Part shown: positions 51,197 through 60,441 of the stretch, in pieces
Layout: the number at the start of each line of letters is the position of its first letter
Position numbering within the stretch: position 1 is the stretch's first letter
Source: Kiritimatiellia bacterium
Lineage (GTDB): Bacteria > Verrucomicrobiota > Kiritimatiellia > RFP12 > DVOR01
DNA length: 64,000 nucleotides
Assembly: GCA_017531445.1 (NCBI GenBank)
Contig: JAFXKZ010000002.1
Coordinates: 201,286 to 265,285, forward strand
Reading direction: 5' to 3'
Notes under the pieces: model-generated
The model's input: the letters and a program-made list of their open reading frames with translations, nothing else
Told to the model about the DNA's origin: nothing
Database searches by the model: none
Made by a program: the position numbers and the translations under genes

Positions 51197-51724
51197 TCAG
51201 AGTAGAATTTCTGCAATTCCGGGATCTTTCGTACGGAGCTCTTCCGGTGTGAGACCGTCAAGCTCGTGAGGAAACACAATCCATTCATTGCGAGCCTGCA
51301 CAAAATAGTCGGGCGCAAACGACACTTGGCTTGCTTCCGGTTTCCAGTAGACCATCGCAAAACGCACATCGGCATGAGAAAGGCGTTTTCTTACAGCTTC
51401 TGCAGTTTTTCCAGAGTCAAACACATCATCCACAACCAAGATTTTGGCCTTGGGGCGAATGGTTTCAAGCAAGGCCTCCGCATTTTGAAAAACAACCGTA
51501 TCTGTGCGTGTTCCGATGCCGGCATAAGAGGAACATTTAATTACTGCATGAGCAAGAGGCCTTCCGAGGAATGCAAAAACTTCACTCATAATGACTCCCG
51601 GTTGAGCACCGCCGCGCCAAAGTGCAAGGAGCAATTCCGGTTGCCAGAGAGGGTCATCGAAAACTTTTTTGGCAAGGCGGATACAATCGCGTTGAAAAGC
51701 ATCCGCAGAAAGATAATGTTTCAT
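51197..51724 (-). CDS. Purine phosphoribosyltransferase (Gpt/xanthine-guanine PRT-like)
   Basis: ATG 51724 (MKHYLSADAFQRDC), chosen so the gene does not overlap the upstream one. PRPP loop KILVVDDVFDSGKTAEAV. Gpt-like layout W..LLLALWRGGAQPG. Confidence 0.65.
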   Translation of the reverse strand: MKHYLSADAFQRDCIRLAKKVFDDPLWQPELLLALWRGGAQPGVIMSEVFAFLGRPLAHAVIKCSSYAGIGTRTDTVVFQNAEALLETIRPKAKILVVDDVFDSGKTAEAVRKRLSHADVRFAMVYWKPEASQVSFAPDYFVQARNEWIVFPHELDGLTPEELRTKDPGIAEILL

Positions 51725-51734
51725 AAAAGGGTAT

Positions 51735-52310
51735 TCAGTAGGCGCGTTGTACTGCAATGGAAAGATCGCGATCGACAGATTCCATCATCCGCAAAATAGC
51801 GTAGAGGGCAATCGGCAAGGTAATAAAAATGCCGATGCCGAAACAGAATAATCCGGCAAAAGCGAGTAACCCCAAAAGGTAAAGTTGTATCGCAGCCGCC
51901 GGGGAAAGCATGGTGAAATGATAGGTGGCTTTGAGCGCAATAGGGAGGGTAAGGTCGTAACGGTCAGCCATCAGCAGAGACAACCAAACGGGTTGTAGAA
52001 TCAGCCAGGCAGCAGGAACGCCAAAGATTGGATTCTGAAGATTGGGCAGGACGACAATCAACCATAAAAGCAATCCCAACCAAAAAGCAGAGGAAACGCG
52101 GCGCGTACCACGGAAACGCTGCATCATCTGTAATTGTAAGGTAATGGGATCACAACCCTCTTTTGGCGCAAGATGCAGAAGATACATGAGTGCACCGACT
52201 CCCGTAAAAAGTCCGGTAATCGCCGCAAGAAGGAAGAGGGCAGCTGCGAGCACTTCGCCCAGAGGATCGCGCATAAAATGGCGATAGCCGTCTTGAAGAA
52301 AAGAAATCAT
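51735..52310 (-). CDS. Integral membrane protein, function unknown
   Basis: 191 aa with 4-5 hydrophobic segments (AAALFLLAAITGLFTGVGALMYLL, FWLGLLLWLIVVL, LYLLGLLAFAGLFCFGIGIFITLPIALYAIL). No motif recognised. Confidence 0.6.
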   Translation of the reverse strand: MISFLQDGYRHFMRDPLGEVLAAALFLLAAITGLFTGVGALMYLLHLAPKEGCDPITLQLQMMQRFRGTRRVSSAFWLGLLLWLIVVLPNLQNPIFGVPAAWLILQPVWLSLLMADRYDLTLPIALKATYHFTMLSPAAAIQLYLLGLLAFAGLFCFGIGIFITLPIALYAILRMMESVDRDLSIAVQRAY

Positions 52311-52364
52311 AGGGTTGATAGCTTATAAGTATAGGTAATGAATAAGGACGCTTTGGGGAAACAA

Positions 52365-52910
52365 TCAGAGCTGCCAATCCAATTCATCATTGCCGATCGG
52401 CAAAGTGATGCGGTTGATGGGATAACCGTCTTCACCAACGCGGCTTGCGGAAGCAGGCAATTCCGTGGGGGCCTGACGTTTCGGCTTGAGCGTTACTTCA
52501 GGTGCAGTTTTCGCGGTATCGGCAGGAGGGGTGGGGGGGGCTTCTTGCACAAGGGGCGGTTGCGCCTGTTGTGATTTCAGTTCCGCCATTTGCTGCTCGG
52601 CCTTGCGACGTGCTTCTGATTCACGCTGAATGGAAGCTTCAGCAGATTTGAGTTGTGCGCGTATCGCCTCAAGCTCTTTTTGGGCTTCCGTGTCGGGGAT
52701 AGCTTGAGCAGGTACTGCGCTCGGTGCTCCTTCGGCTGCACGCGCCTTCGCCTCTTGGAGTCGGATTTCAAGAAGACGATCATTTAAGCGTTCATTCATT
52801 GCCATGGAGCGTTGCATCAACCAAATCACCATACCGCAAATCATTGCCACGATAATGACCACTGAAAGCGCGATTACGACCACCGGGGTGTTACTGTTTT
52901 TGGCTTCCAT
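52365..52910 (-). CDS. Membrane-anchored coiled-coil / Pro-rich protein, function unknown
   Basis: N-terminal TM segment VVVIALSVVIIVAMICGMVIWL, then a helical EAKARAAE...KAEQQMAELKSQQ region and a PPLVQEAPPTPPAD linker. Start overlaps the rlmN stop by 20 nt. Confidence 0.55.
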   Translation of the reverse strand: MEAKNSNTPVVVIALSVVIIVAMICGMVIWLMQRSMAMNERLNDRLLEIRLQEAKARAAEGAPSAVPAQAIPDTEAQKELEAIRAQLKSAEASIQRESEARRKAEQQMAELKSQQAQPPLVQEAPPTPPADTAKTAPEVTLKPKRQAPTELPASASRVGEDGYPINRITLPIGNDELDWQL

Positions 52911-53952
52911 TTTCTGTCTCCTTCACTTTCCGCAGACGGAGTTGCCCGCAAGCAGCATCGGCTTGTTTCCCGCGACTGCGGCGCATGGTTGTATGAATAC
53001 CGGCTTTAAGTAAAGCATCTAAAAAGACGAGGCAGTCGGCATGTGAGGGCGTTTCTCCATCAAACTCTGCCACCGGACTGAGCGGAATAAGATTCACGCG
53101 CGCCTTACGATTACGCAACAAACGGATCAATTCGGCTGCATGGGTCGGTCGGTCGTTGAAGTGCTTTACCAGCGTATACTCGTAAGTAATGATACGTCCT
53201 GTAGCGGCGGTGTAGGCATCACATGCCGAAAGTAATGCTGCAATATTCCATCGACGATTGACCGGCATCAATTGGGAGCGCAATACATCATTGGGCGCGT
53301 GCAGCGAAACGGAAAGTTCAAACTGCACCCCTTCTTCGGCCAAACGCTGGATGCCCGGCACGATACCACACGTCGACAACGTAATATGTCGCGCTCCGAT
53401 ATTGATGCCTTGCTGGCAGTTGAGAATGCGCAACGCACGCAAGACGGCATCGTAATTGACAAAGGGTTCTCCCATGCCCATGACGACAATGTTGTTTGGG
53501 TATTGCCCCATTTCACGTGCCAAAACCATGACCTCTGCCACGATTTCTTCGGCAGACAACGAGCGTACACATCCCAATTGTCCACTGGCGCAGAATGCAC
53601 AATGCATATCGCAACCCACTTGAGACGAAATGCACTGTGTCACACGACCATCGGCCGGTATCCAGACCGTTTCAATTTGTTCGCCGTCATCTGCTTCCAA
53701 AAGAAACTTTGTTACACCATCAGTACCGGAGGGTGTGCGGGTGACTTCCCGTAATGTCGTAAGCGGAGCATCTTTGGTTAACTTTTCACGCATCGCCGCA
53801 GGAAGTGTGGTCAATTCCGACCAATCCCGTATGCGATCCTTATACAATCCCAACAAGATTTGCTTGGAACGGAATGCAGGAAAACCTGCATTTTTACAAA
53901 AGGTTGACCAATCTTCCGGCAACATAGCATAGGCAGAAGTCGGCATTTTCAA
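52891..53952 (-). CDS. rlmN: 23S rRNA/tRNA (adenine-C2)-methyltransferase, radical SAM
   Basis: FRSKQILLGLYK N-domain, SSQVGCDMHCAFCASGQ cluster motif, GMGEPFVNYD, C-terminal CGQL. Confidence 0.9.
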   Translation of the reverse strand: MKMPTSAYAMLPEDWSTFCKNAGFPAFRSKQILLGLYKDRIRDWSELTTLPAAMREKLTKDAPLTTLREVTRTPSGTDGVTKFLLEADDGEQIETVWIPADGRVTQCISSQVGCDMHCAFCASGQLGCVRSLSAEEIVAEVMVLAREMGQYPNNIVVMGMGEPFVNYDAVLRALRILNCQQGINIGARHITLSTCGIVPGIQRLAEEGVQFELSVSLHAPNDVLRSQLMPVNRRWNIAALLSACDAYTAATGRIITYEYTLVKHFNDRPTHAAELIRLLRNRKARVNLIPLSPVAEFDGETPSHADCLVFLDALLKAGIHTTMRRSRGKQADAACGQLRLRKVKETENGSQKQ

Positions 53953-54566
53953 CGCTCCTCGTTATCTGTGACGACAATTTGCCGTCCATGAATCGCCCTG
54001 CGTAATGTGAGCGCATCCGCATAAGCGACACCGGAACCGCACGGAAGTCCAAAAGCCAAACGCATGAGACGCACAGGAAAAGGTTTCAGCATCTCTGCGA
54101 TATATGCAGCGGTGGCATCTCCCTCCAAGTCGGTTGAAAGTGCAAGAAGCACCTCTTGAATCCCTTCGTGCTGGACGCGATGAACCAGTGCGGTTATGCG
54201 CAATTCGCTGACACCCGTTTGGCGACCCGGAGAAAGCTTCCCCAACAAGGCATGATAACGTCCTCTAAAAGCACCGGAGGCTTCCAACGTATAAATGTCT
54301 GCCGGATCCTCCACGACACAGAGCAAGTGCTCCTCGCGATCTGCTCTAGTACAAAGCGGACAGGGGTCGACATCCCGTTCTGTAAAACCACCACAGACCG
54401 AGCAAGTGCAAATCTGCTCCCGGGCTTTTTGCAGAGCCTGCATCAATGTGTCAAGCAGCGTTTCAGGGCGGCGCACCAATGCCAAAGCCGCGCGCTCGGA
54501 ACTCCGTCGCCCGAATCCCGGCAAGCTGGCGAGTGCATGAATCAAATTGTCCAGGGCAGGAAGCAT
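53949..54566 (-). CDS. recR: Recombination protein RecR
   Basis: LPGFGRRSSERAALAL helix-hairpin-helix, C4 zinc finger CSVCGGFTERDVDPCPLC, Toprim region LLCVVEDPADI. Confidence 0.92.
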   Translation of the reverse strand: MLPALDNLIHALASLPGFGRRSSERAALALVRRPETLLDTLMQALQKAREQICTCSVCGGFTERDVDPCPLCTRADREEHLLCVVEDPADIYTLEASGAFRGRYHALLGKLSPGRQTGVSELRITALVHRVQHEGIQEVLLALSTDLEGDATAAYIAEMLKPFPVRLMRLAFGLPCGSGVAYADALTLRRAIHGRQIVVTDNEER

Positions 54567-54574
54567 AGAGCGTA

Positions 54575-54886
54575 TTAACGGCCAAACGTCAAGTTGCCGT
54601 CTTTCATCATTTGCTGCATTGCCTGCTGGGTCTGCTGCTTCACGTTGCTGATGGCAGCATTAAAGACGGTTTTCAACATTGTTTCAAAGCGTTCAGTCTT
54701 CCCGGCTTTCACTTCGGCAAGCGCATCATCTGTCAGCTTGAACTGGGTAACTGTGAAGTCACCCTTTACAGTTACGCTGATTCCGCCATTGGTATGCGTA
54801 TAGGAAATCTGATCGATTTCCGCCTGAACTTTCTTGGCTTCTTTTCGCATCTGCATGGCTTGCTTTACTTGATCGATCATACTCAT
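54575..54886 (-). CDS. ybaB: YbaB/EbfC-family nucleoid-associated protein
   Basis: 103 aa, QAMQMRKEAKKVQAEI...GGISVTVKGDFTVTQFKL. Sits in the conserved dnaX-ybaB-recR order. Confidence 0.88.
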   Translation of the reverse strand: MSMIDQVKQAMQMRKEAKKVQAEIDQISYTHTNGGISVTVKGDFTVTQFKLTDDALAEVKAGKTERFETMLKTVFNAAISNVKQQTQQAMQQMMKDGNLTFGR

Positions 54887-54915
54887 GGTATCAATATCCT
54901 TTCGTTCTGCCTGCG

Positions 54916-56406
54916 TTATACTAAAATCCGTCCTCCGAACGTTTTTAACGCATGATTCACAATTTCGTCAATGTATTGCCCATTTGAATTTGTCAACGGC
55001 TCGACTACTGTAGGCGGGATCGTCGGCTCCCCGGCTGATAACGGTGTGACATCCATCAGACAAGGCGCGTATTGTTCCTCCTCTTCCAGTGGATCCAAGT
55101 CGGCCGCATCGGGAATGGTTTGAACAATCGCGGTTGGCGGTGGTAAAGAGGGTGTCGGCGATTCAGATGCCATTTGCGGCGTCTTTGTCACCAATGCGGC
55201 GCCCGATTGCGCCGCGGGGGCGGCTGCCATTCCTTGCGGAGCAGCAGCCGCCAAACGTCGAATAACAGACTCTTTCAAGGCTGTAAGGCGTCTTAACACT
55301 TCGTCCAATGAGACCGTCTTTGCTGCACGGGCGCAACGAATCAGCGTCATTTCAACAAGCGTCCTCACCGAAAGCACGGAGCGTAATCGATTCTCCATTT
55401 CAGAAAGATGACCGGTAATTTCCACAATACGCTGTGGTGTAACCAATCGTGCTTGTGCTTCCAAAACCGTCAATTGTTCGGTTGTTACATCCTGTTTGGC
55501 GAGTTCTTTTCCGGCTTGTTGGTAAACAAGCAAGTTGCGGAAGTGCCAAAGCAATTCTGCCGTGAAACGGCGCATATCTTTGCCGGATGATTCAAAGGCA
55601 TTCACGGCTTTAAGGATCGAAGGGATATCGCCTTCAAGGATATTTCCTGCAAGTGCTTCAAGCGCACTCCTGGAAATCAAACCGAAAACGGCGAGCACGT
55701 CTTCTTCTGTCAGGTCGTTTCCTTTGAAGGCAATCAGCTGATCCAGCGCGGAAAGTGCATCACGAAGTCCACCGTTTGAGCCACGCGCGATGGCCAACAA
55801 CGCATCATCCGTAACCGAGATTCCTTCGGCATTGCAAATAAAGCGCAACCGACGAACAATGTCGCCTGTAGAGATTCTCCGCAGGTCAAAGCGTTGGCAA
55901 CGGCTGATAATCGTGGGCAAAACTTTATCGCCCTCGGTCGTTGCAAAAATGAATTTGACATAGGCCGGAGGTTCTTCAAGTGTCTTGAGAAGTGCGTTGA
56001 AAGCTTCTTTCGTTAGCATATGCACTTCGTCAAGAATGAAGATCTTGAATCGGCTGTGAGTCGGGGCGAATTGGACCTGATCCAAAACTCCGTGGATATC
56101 CGACACTTTGTTATTGGACGCAGCATCCAGTTCTACCACATCCATATCCATGCCGGAGGCGATACCTTTGCAATTAACACACTCGCCACAGGGTTGCATC
56201 GTCGGCCCTTTTTCACAATTCAGTGCCATGGCAAAGATTCGCGAAAGGGTTGTTTTTCCAATGCCACGCGGCCCGATGAAAAGATACGCATGCGCGATAC
56301 GTTCCTGTTCAATCGCGTGTGCAAGTGTACGGGTGACGTGGTCTTGTCCAACCACATCGTCAAAGGTTTTCGGGCGCCACTTGCGAGCTAAAACTTCGTA
56401 AGCCAT
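54916..56406 (-). CDS. dnaX: DNA polymerase III subunit gamma/tau
   Basis: YEVLARKWRPKTFDDVVGQ, Walker A GPRGIGKTT, Zn module CGECVNCKGI, ILDEVHMLT, SRCQRFDL. Confidence 0.93.
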   Translation of the reverse strand: MAYEVLARKWRPKTFDDVVGQDHVTRTLAHAIEQERIAHAYLFIGPRGIGKTTLSRIFAMALNCEKGPTMQPCGECVNCKGIASGMDMDVVELDAASNNKVSDIHGVLDQVQFAPTHSRFKIFILDEVHMLTKEAFNALLKTLEEPPAYVKFIFATTEGDKVLPTIISRCQRFDLRRISTGDIVRRLRFICNAEGISVTDDALLAIARGSNGGLRDALSALDQLIAFKGNDLTEEDVLAVFGLISRSALEALAGNILEGDIPSILKAVNAFESSGKDMRRFTAELLWHFRNLLVYQQAGKELAKQDVTTEQLTVLEAQARLVTPQRIVEITGHLSEMENRLRSVLSVRTLVEMTLIRCARAAKTVSLDEVLRRLTALKESVIRRLAAAAPQGMAAAPAAQSGAALVTKTPQMASESPTPSLPPPTAIVQTIPDAADLDPLEEEEQYAPCLMDVTPLSAGEPTIPPTVVEPLTNSNGQYIDEIVNHALKTFGGRILV

Positions 56407-56425
56407 AAAATGGTGTCAAACAAGG

Positions 56426-58303
56426 TTACCGCGCCATCAATGCGGCCACGAGACGATTGAACTTGGCCGGATCGGGAGGGAGCGTGCCTTCGGCCAGACA
56501 GGCTTGTCCATACAACAGATCAATCGTATCGCTCCGCTGTGCTTCATCCGTCATTCCGGAGAGCGACTTGATTAAGGTGTGGTCGGGATTCAATTCCAAA
56601 ATCCGCTTGTCTTCGGGGACATTTTGCCCCATTGCTTCCAACATACGGCGCATTGCCGGGCTGAGCGCAGAGGGATCTTGCACCAAACAACAGGGCGAAT
56701 CGGTCAGGCGTGACGTGAGACGCACCTCTTTTACCGTCGCCTCCAACTGCTTCGTAATCGTCTCCAGAAGCGGCTGAAGCGTCTTGCTTGTTTCATCGAG
56801 CGTCTTCTTTTCCGATTCGTCAGCCAAATCAAGATCACCCTTATCGGCAAAGACAATCGGCGTTTTGTCATACTCATAGAAATCAGCTGCAATGAATTGA
56901 TCCACAGGCGTGGTCAAGAAGAGCACGTCATATCCTTTTGCCTTCAGTTGTTCAAGACAAGGCGACTGCTGAGCGGCTTGCAGAGAATCTGCAGTAAGCA
57001 TATAGATGGATTTCTGCCCTTCGGCCATGGCAGTTTTGTAATCTTTAAGGGAAGTGTATTTCCCATCCTTCAAGTTTCTGAAACGGAGCAACTCGGTAAT
57101 TTTTTCGCGGTTTTCCCAGTCAGAGTGATACCCTTCTTTGAGGAAATCACCCAAGGCCGTTGTGAATGTTTCGTATTGTTCCGGCTGTTCTTTTGCCATC
57201 TCGGCGAGGGCTTTCAAAATACGATTGGTGACATCCGAACGGATTTTTCGGATGATTGCATCGTCTTGAAGCATTTCACGCGAGACATTGAGCGGAAGAT
57301 CGCTGCTGTCAACAACGCCTTTAAGGAAGCGCAACCACGAGGGTGTAAGTGCTTCAATCTCATCACCGATGAAAACATTGCGTACATAGAGCGAAAGACC
57401 ATGCTTGTTTCCGGGCATCATCATTTCCATGCCCACGGTCTTCGGCAGGAAGAGCAGTGCCCGATACTCCAATGTGCCTTCAGCTGCGATGTGCAACGTC
57501 TTCAAAGGTTCGCCTGTGCCATGCAACGTCTGACGATAGAAGGCTTCATACTCTTCTTGCTTCACATCGTTTTTCGACCGCTTCCAGAGTGCGACCATGG
57601 TATTGAGCGGTTTGGCCTCCTCGGCAGCTTTATCCGCCGCAGCTTTCTCATCTTTTGCCGGTTCTGTATCTTCCTCATGCAGATAAATTGGGTAGGCGAT
57701 AAAGTCGGAATAACGGCGGACAAGATCTTTTAACGTCCAACCGGTTGCAAATTGTTCCTGATCGGGACGCAAATGGAGAGTAATGGAGGTGCCGGGCGTT
57801 GTGCGCGATCCTTCATCCATTGTATATTCGCCATCTCCAGCACTCATCCACTTCACAGGAGTTTGACCTTCTCCCCGACGCAAAGAATCCACGGTGACAC
57901 CATCTGCTACCATAAAGGCAGCATAGAAACCCACACCGAACTTACCAATCAATTCAGGAATATTGGTCTCTTTTCCTTCTTTCAGTGCTTCGGCAAATGC
58001 CTTGGATCCGCTCTTGGCAATAGTGCCGAGAGCATCTTCCATCTCCTGCGCATTCATACCGATACCGTTATCTTCAATCGTCAAGGTATGCGCTGTGGCA
58101 TCTGCCGTTAAACGGATCGTCCATTCGGGAGCTTCCGGGGCAATGGTTGCATCCGTCAATGCCAAATATTTCGCGCGATCAATCGCATCGCTGGCATTGG
58201 AAATCAATTCACGCAAAAAGATTTCTTTCTTGGAATAAAGCGAATGAATCACCAAATCCAACATCTGACGGATTTCGGCCTTAAATGCACATGTCTTTGC
58301 CAT
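56426..58303 (-). CDS. htpG: Molecular chaperone HtpG (Hsp90)
   Basis: HSLYSKKEIFLRELISNASDA, GKFGVGFYAAFMVA. 625 aa. Confidence 0.95.
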   Translation of the reverse strand: MAKTCAFKAEIRQMLDLVIHSLYSKKEIFLRELISNASDAIDRAKYLALTDATIAPEAPEWTIRLTADATAHTLTIEDNGIGMNAQEMEDALGTIAKSGSKAFAEALKEGKETNIPELIGKFGVGFYAAFMVADGVTVDSLRRGEGQTPVKWMSAGDGEYTMDEGSRTTPGTSITLHLRPDQEQFATGWTLKDLVRRYSDFIAYPIYLHEEDTEPAKDEKAAADKAAEEAKPLNTMVALWKRSKNDVKQEEYEAFYRQTLHGTGEPLKTLHIAAEGTLEYRALLFLPKTVGMEMMMPGNKHGLSLYVRNVFIGDEIEALTPSWLRFLKGVVDSSDLPLNVSREMLQDDAIIRKIRSDVTNRILKALAEMAKEQPEQYETFTTALGDFLKEGYHSDWENREKITELLRFRNLKDGKYTSLKDYKTAMAEGQKSIYMLTADSLQAAQQSPCLEQLKAKGYDVLFLTTPVDQFIAADFYEYDKTPIVFADKGDLDLADESEKKTLDETSKTLQPLLETITKQLEATVKEVRLTSRLTDSPCCLVQDPSALSPAMRRMLEAMGQNVPEDKRILELNPDHTLIKSLSGMTDEAQRSDTIDLLYGQACLAEGTLPPDPAKFNRLVAALMAR

Positions 58304-58334
58304 AGATTGTATTCCTTATCTAAATTGAAAGAAT

Positions 58335-58343
58335 AGTATACCA
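58335..58343 (-). promoter_or_regulatory. Extended -10 promoter element TGGTATACT upstream of htpG
   Basis: The minus strand reads TTTATGGTATACT, 31 nt upstream of ATG 58303. Confidence 0.4.
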
Positions 58344-58557
58344 TAAATCCGTGCTTTTCACCCACGGTCTGTTGTGTGAATATTCATGAAGCAATACTTG
58401 CCATCCTGCAGGTTTGAGAGGCGAACAGGGCGCAAGAATGTATCAGCCTTGAGAGGGCGATACACCACTATTATCCGATGCTTGACCACAAAAAGATCAG
58501 ACGGCACAGAGATCTCAATGGCAGGTCACCTCATTGTCATTGGGATGCGTAATAACT

Positions 58558-58640
58558 TTGGGCGACATTGCCCGTCAACATCGCCCATGTCGCAAGGGTA
58601 ACATCGCCGACATTGAGGAGCAAAACCGGCGATGTTCCAT
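58558..58640 (+). repeat. GGCGA/TCGCC-box extragenic element, copy R4 (four-box form)
   Basis: TGGGCGA, CGTCAA, TCGCCCATGT, TCGCCGA and CGGCGATGTTCC in the same order and spacing as R3. 10-bp helix AACATCGCCG/CGGCGATGTT (58600-58609 / 58627-58636). Confidence 0.6.
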
Positions 58641-58694
58641 TTGGGATTGCACCAACCGGAACATTACTCCCTCCGGGCGATAAAACAAAGGCTG

Positions 58695-59624
58695 TCAGGA
58701 AATCTGATATCCGGCCTCTAAAATGAAGGCTTTATCTTGTGCAACGCTTCGCCCGAGAGTCGTCAACAGATCGCCCTCAATCGCCGCATTGATTCCAATA
58801 CTCAAAGCTGAGGCAAACGTTTCTTCCGAAAGACGTGCGCGTCCGCCGGCGAAACGGAGATACGCTGTGGGGTGAATCAAGCGGAAAAGTGCGATTGTCC
58901 GGAGAATCTCACGCTCGGAAATCAATGGGGTTGCTTCCAAAGGTGTTCCCGGAATCGGAGACAGGATATTGATCGGAATAGAGGAAACGTCCAATTCACG
59001 CAAGGCAAAGGCAAGGTCTATCCGATCGGATTCGCTTTCTCCCATGCCGATAATTCCTCCGGAACAGATACTTAAACCCGCCTCACGGGCGGCTTTAAGC
59101 GTGGCGATTTTATCCGCAAGCGTATGCGTTGTGCAGAGTCGGGGAAAGTGCTTCGGCGAAGCTTCAAGATTGCAGTGATATCTTGAAACACCCGCTTCAG
59201 CGAGTTGTCGCATCTCCGGAAGTGTCAGCAATCCAAGGGAGGCACAGAGTTCAAGCGATGTCGCTTGGCGTAAACAACGAAAAAGTTTGCACACCGCCTC
59301 CAATTCTTTTTGCGTTGCTTTACGGCCGCTGTTGACGATTGAAAACCGGCGAATGCCCTGCGCCTCATTGGCCTTGGCGTGACGCAAGCATTCTTCAGGC
59401 GAAATGACATCGTGCACTTCACAGGCCGTTTGATGATGTGCCGATTGTGCACACCACTTGCAATCTTCCGAACATTTACCGCACTTTCCGGTGACAATTG
59501 AACACATATCAAAGCTGGCAGAAGCAAAGGCGCGGGTAAGCCGCTTGGCTTCTGCAAACAGTTCGTCATCCGGACGCAAGGCCCAGAGGGCAATTTCGGC
59601 GGGTAAATAACAGGGAGGCTTCAT
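58695..59624 (-). CDS. bioB: Biotin synthase-like radical SAM enzyme
   Basis: GKCSEDCKWCAQS CxxxCxxC motif, FSIVNSGR, SICSGGIIGMGES. 309 aa. Confidence 0.85.
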   Translation of the reverse strand: MKPPCYLPAEIALWALRPDDELFAEAKRLTRAFASASFDMCSIVTGKCGKCSEDCKWCAQSAHHQTACEVHDVISPEECLRHAKANEAQGIRRFSIVNSGRKATQKELEAVCKLFRCLRQATSLELCASLGLLTLPEMRQLAEAGVSRYHCNLEASPKHFPRLCTTHTLADKIATLKAAREAGLSICSGGIIGMGESESDRIDLAFALRELDVSSIPINILSPIPGTPLEATPLISEREILRTIALFRLIHPTAYLRFAGGRARLSEETFASALSIGINAAIEGDLLTTLGRSVAQDKAFILEAGYQIS

Positions 59625-59633
59625 AAACCGTTC

Positions 59634-60428
59634 TCAAAGTGCCGTTGGAGCTGCTTGTGGAGGGGGTGAAGGAGGGCGGCGTCCAGGAGGAATCATCTGA
59701 TTGCTCGTTGCCGTAAACACTTCATTTACAAGGATCGTGAAATCTTCGACATCCGTTCCGGTAAGCCCCATAGAGGTGGCAATCGCATCTAAAAGTGCGG
59801 ATCGTTCCATCTCACGCATATCATGAAGTTCCCGGAATGTTTCATGCATTTGATCGCGAAGAGCTTCAGGAGGCTGTTCGCCGGATTCTATATACGCCAT
59901 CATTTCCATTTGGAGCTGTCCCTGACGGGCCAGAGCGGCTGTAAACCGTGCATGAACACCTTGTGCTTCAATAGGAAGCAGCGAGGTGTCAATCGAGTCC
60001 AGAAATGTCACACGCGCTGTACGTGTTTGTTCAATCATATCCACGAATTGCTTGCGTCGCTCCATCTCTGCTGCATAACGCTCCGGATCGGTCTGGCGCA
60101 ATTCCTCCATCCGTTCTTGCCAAGAAAGACGCCGACGTGCAGGCTCTTCCGTCGGCGGCGGTTCGGATTCTGCAGAAAGCGACGTCTGCATCACCGTCTG
60201 TTCCGTTTTAAGCCGTTGATTCTCGGCTTTCAGCGCATCAACTTCAGAGATTGCCTTTGCCAAAGCCAGTGAATCGGCCGCATCGCGCAACGCAATTGTC
60301 TTCGTTTTTTCCGGGGAGGGGAGCACCTCTACAATTGGCGTGGAAGTCAAGCGTCCAATGGCAAACCCGGAACCTGCAACGGCAATTAAAAGGAGAAGAC
60401 GGAGAAAAAAGGAAGTATTTGGTTTCAT
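59634..60428 (-). CDS. Membrane-anchored helical protein, function unknown
   Basis: ATG 60428 (MKPNTSFFLRLLLLIAVAGSGFAIG), chosen so the gene does not overlap the permease gene. Glu/Arg/Met-rich helical region and a Pro-rich C-terminus. Confidence 0.55.
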   Translation of the reverse strand: MKPNTSFFLRLLLLIAVAGSGFAIGRLTSTPIVEVLPSPEKTKTIALRDAADSLALAKAISEVDALKAENQRLKTEQTVMQTSLSAESEPPPTEEPARRRLSWQERMEELRQTDPERYAAEMERRKQFVDMIEQTRTARVTFLDSIDTSLLPIEAQGVHARFTAALARQGQLQMEMMAYIESGEQPPEALRDQMHETFRELHDMREMERSALLDAIATSMGLTGTDVEDFTILVNEVFTATSNQMIPPGRRPPSPPPQAAPTAL

Positions 60429-60441
60429 TGAAGTAACGTAT

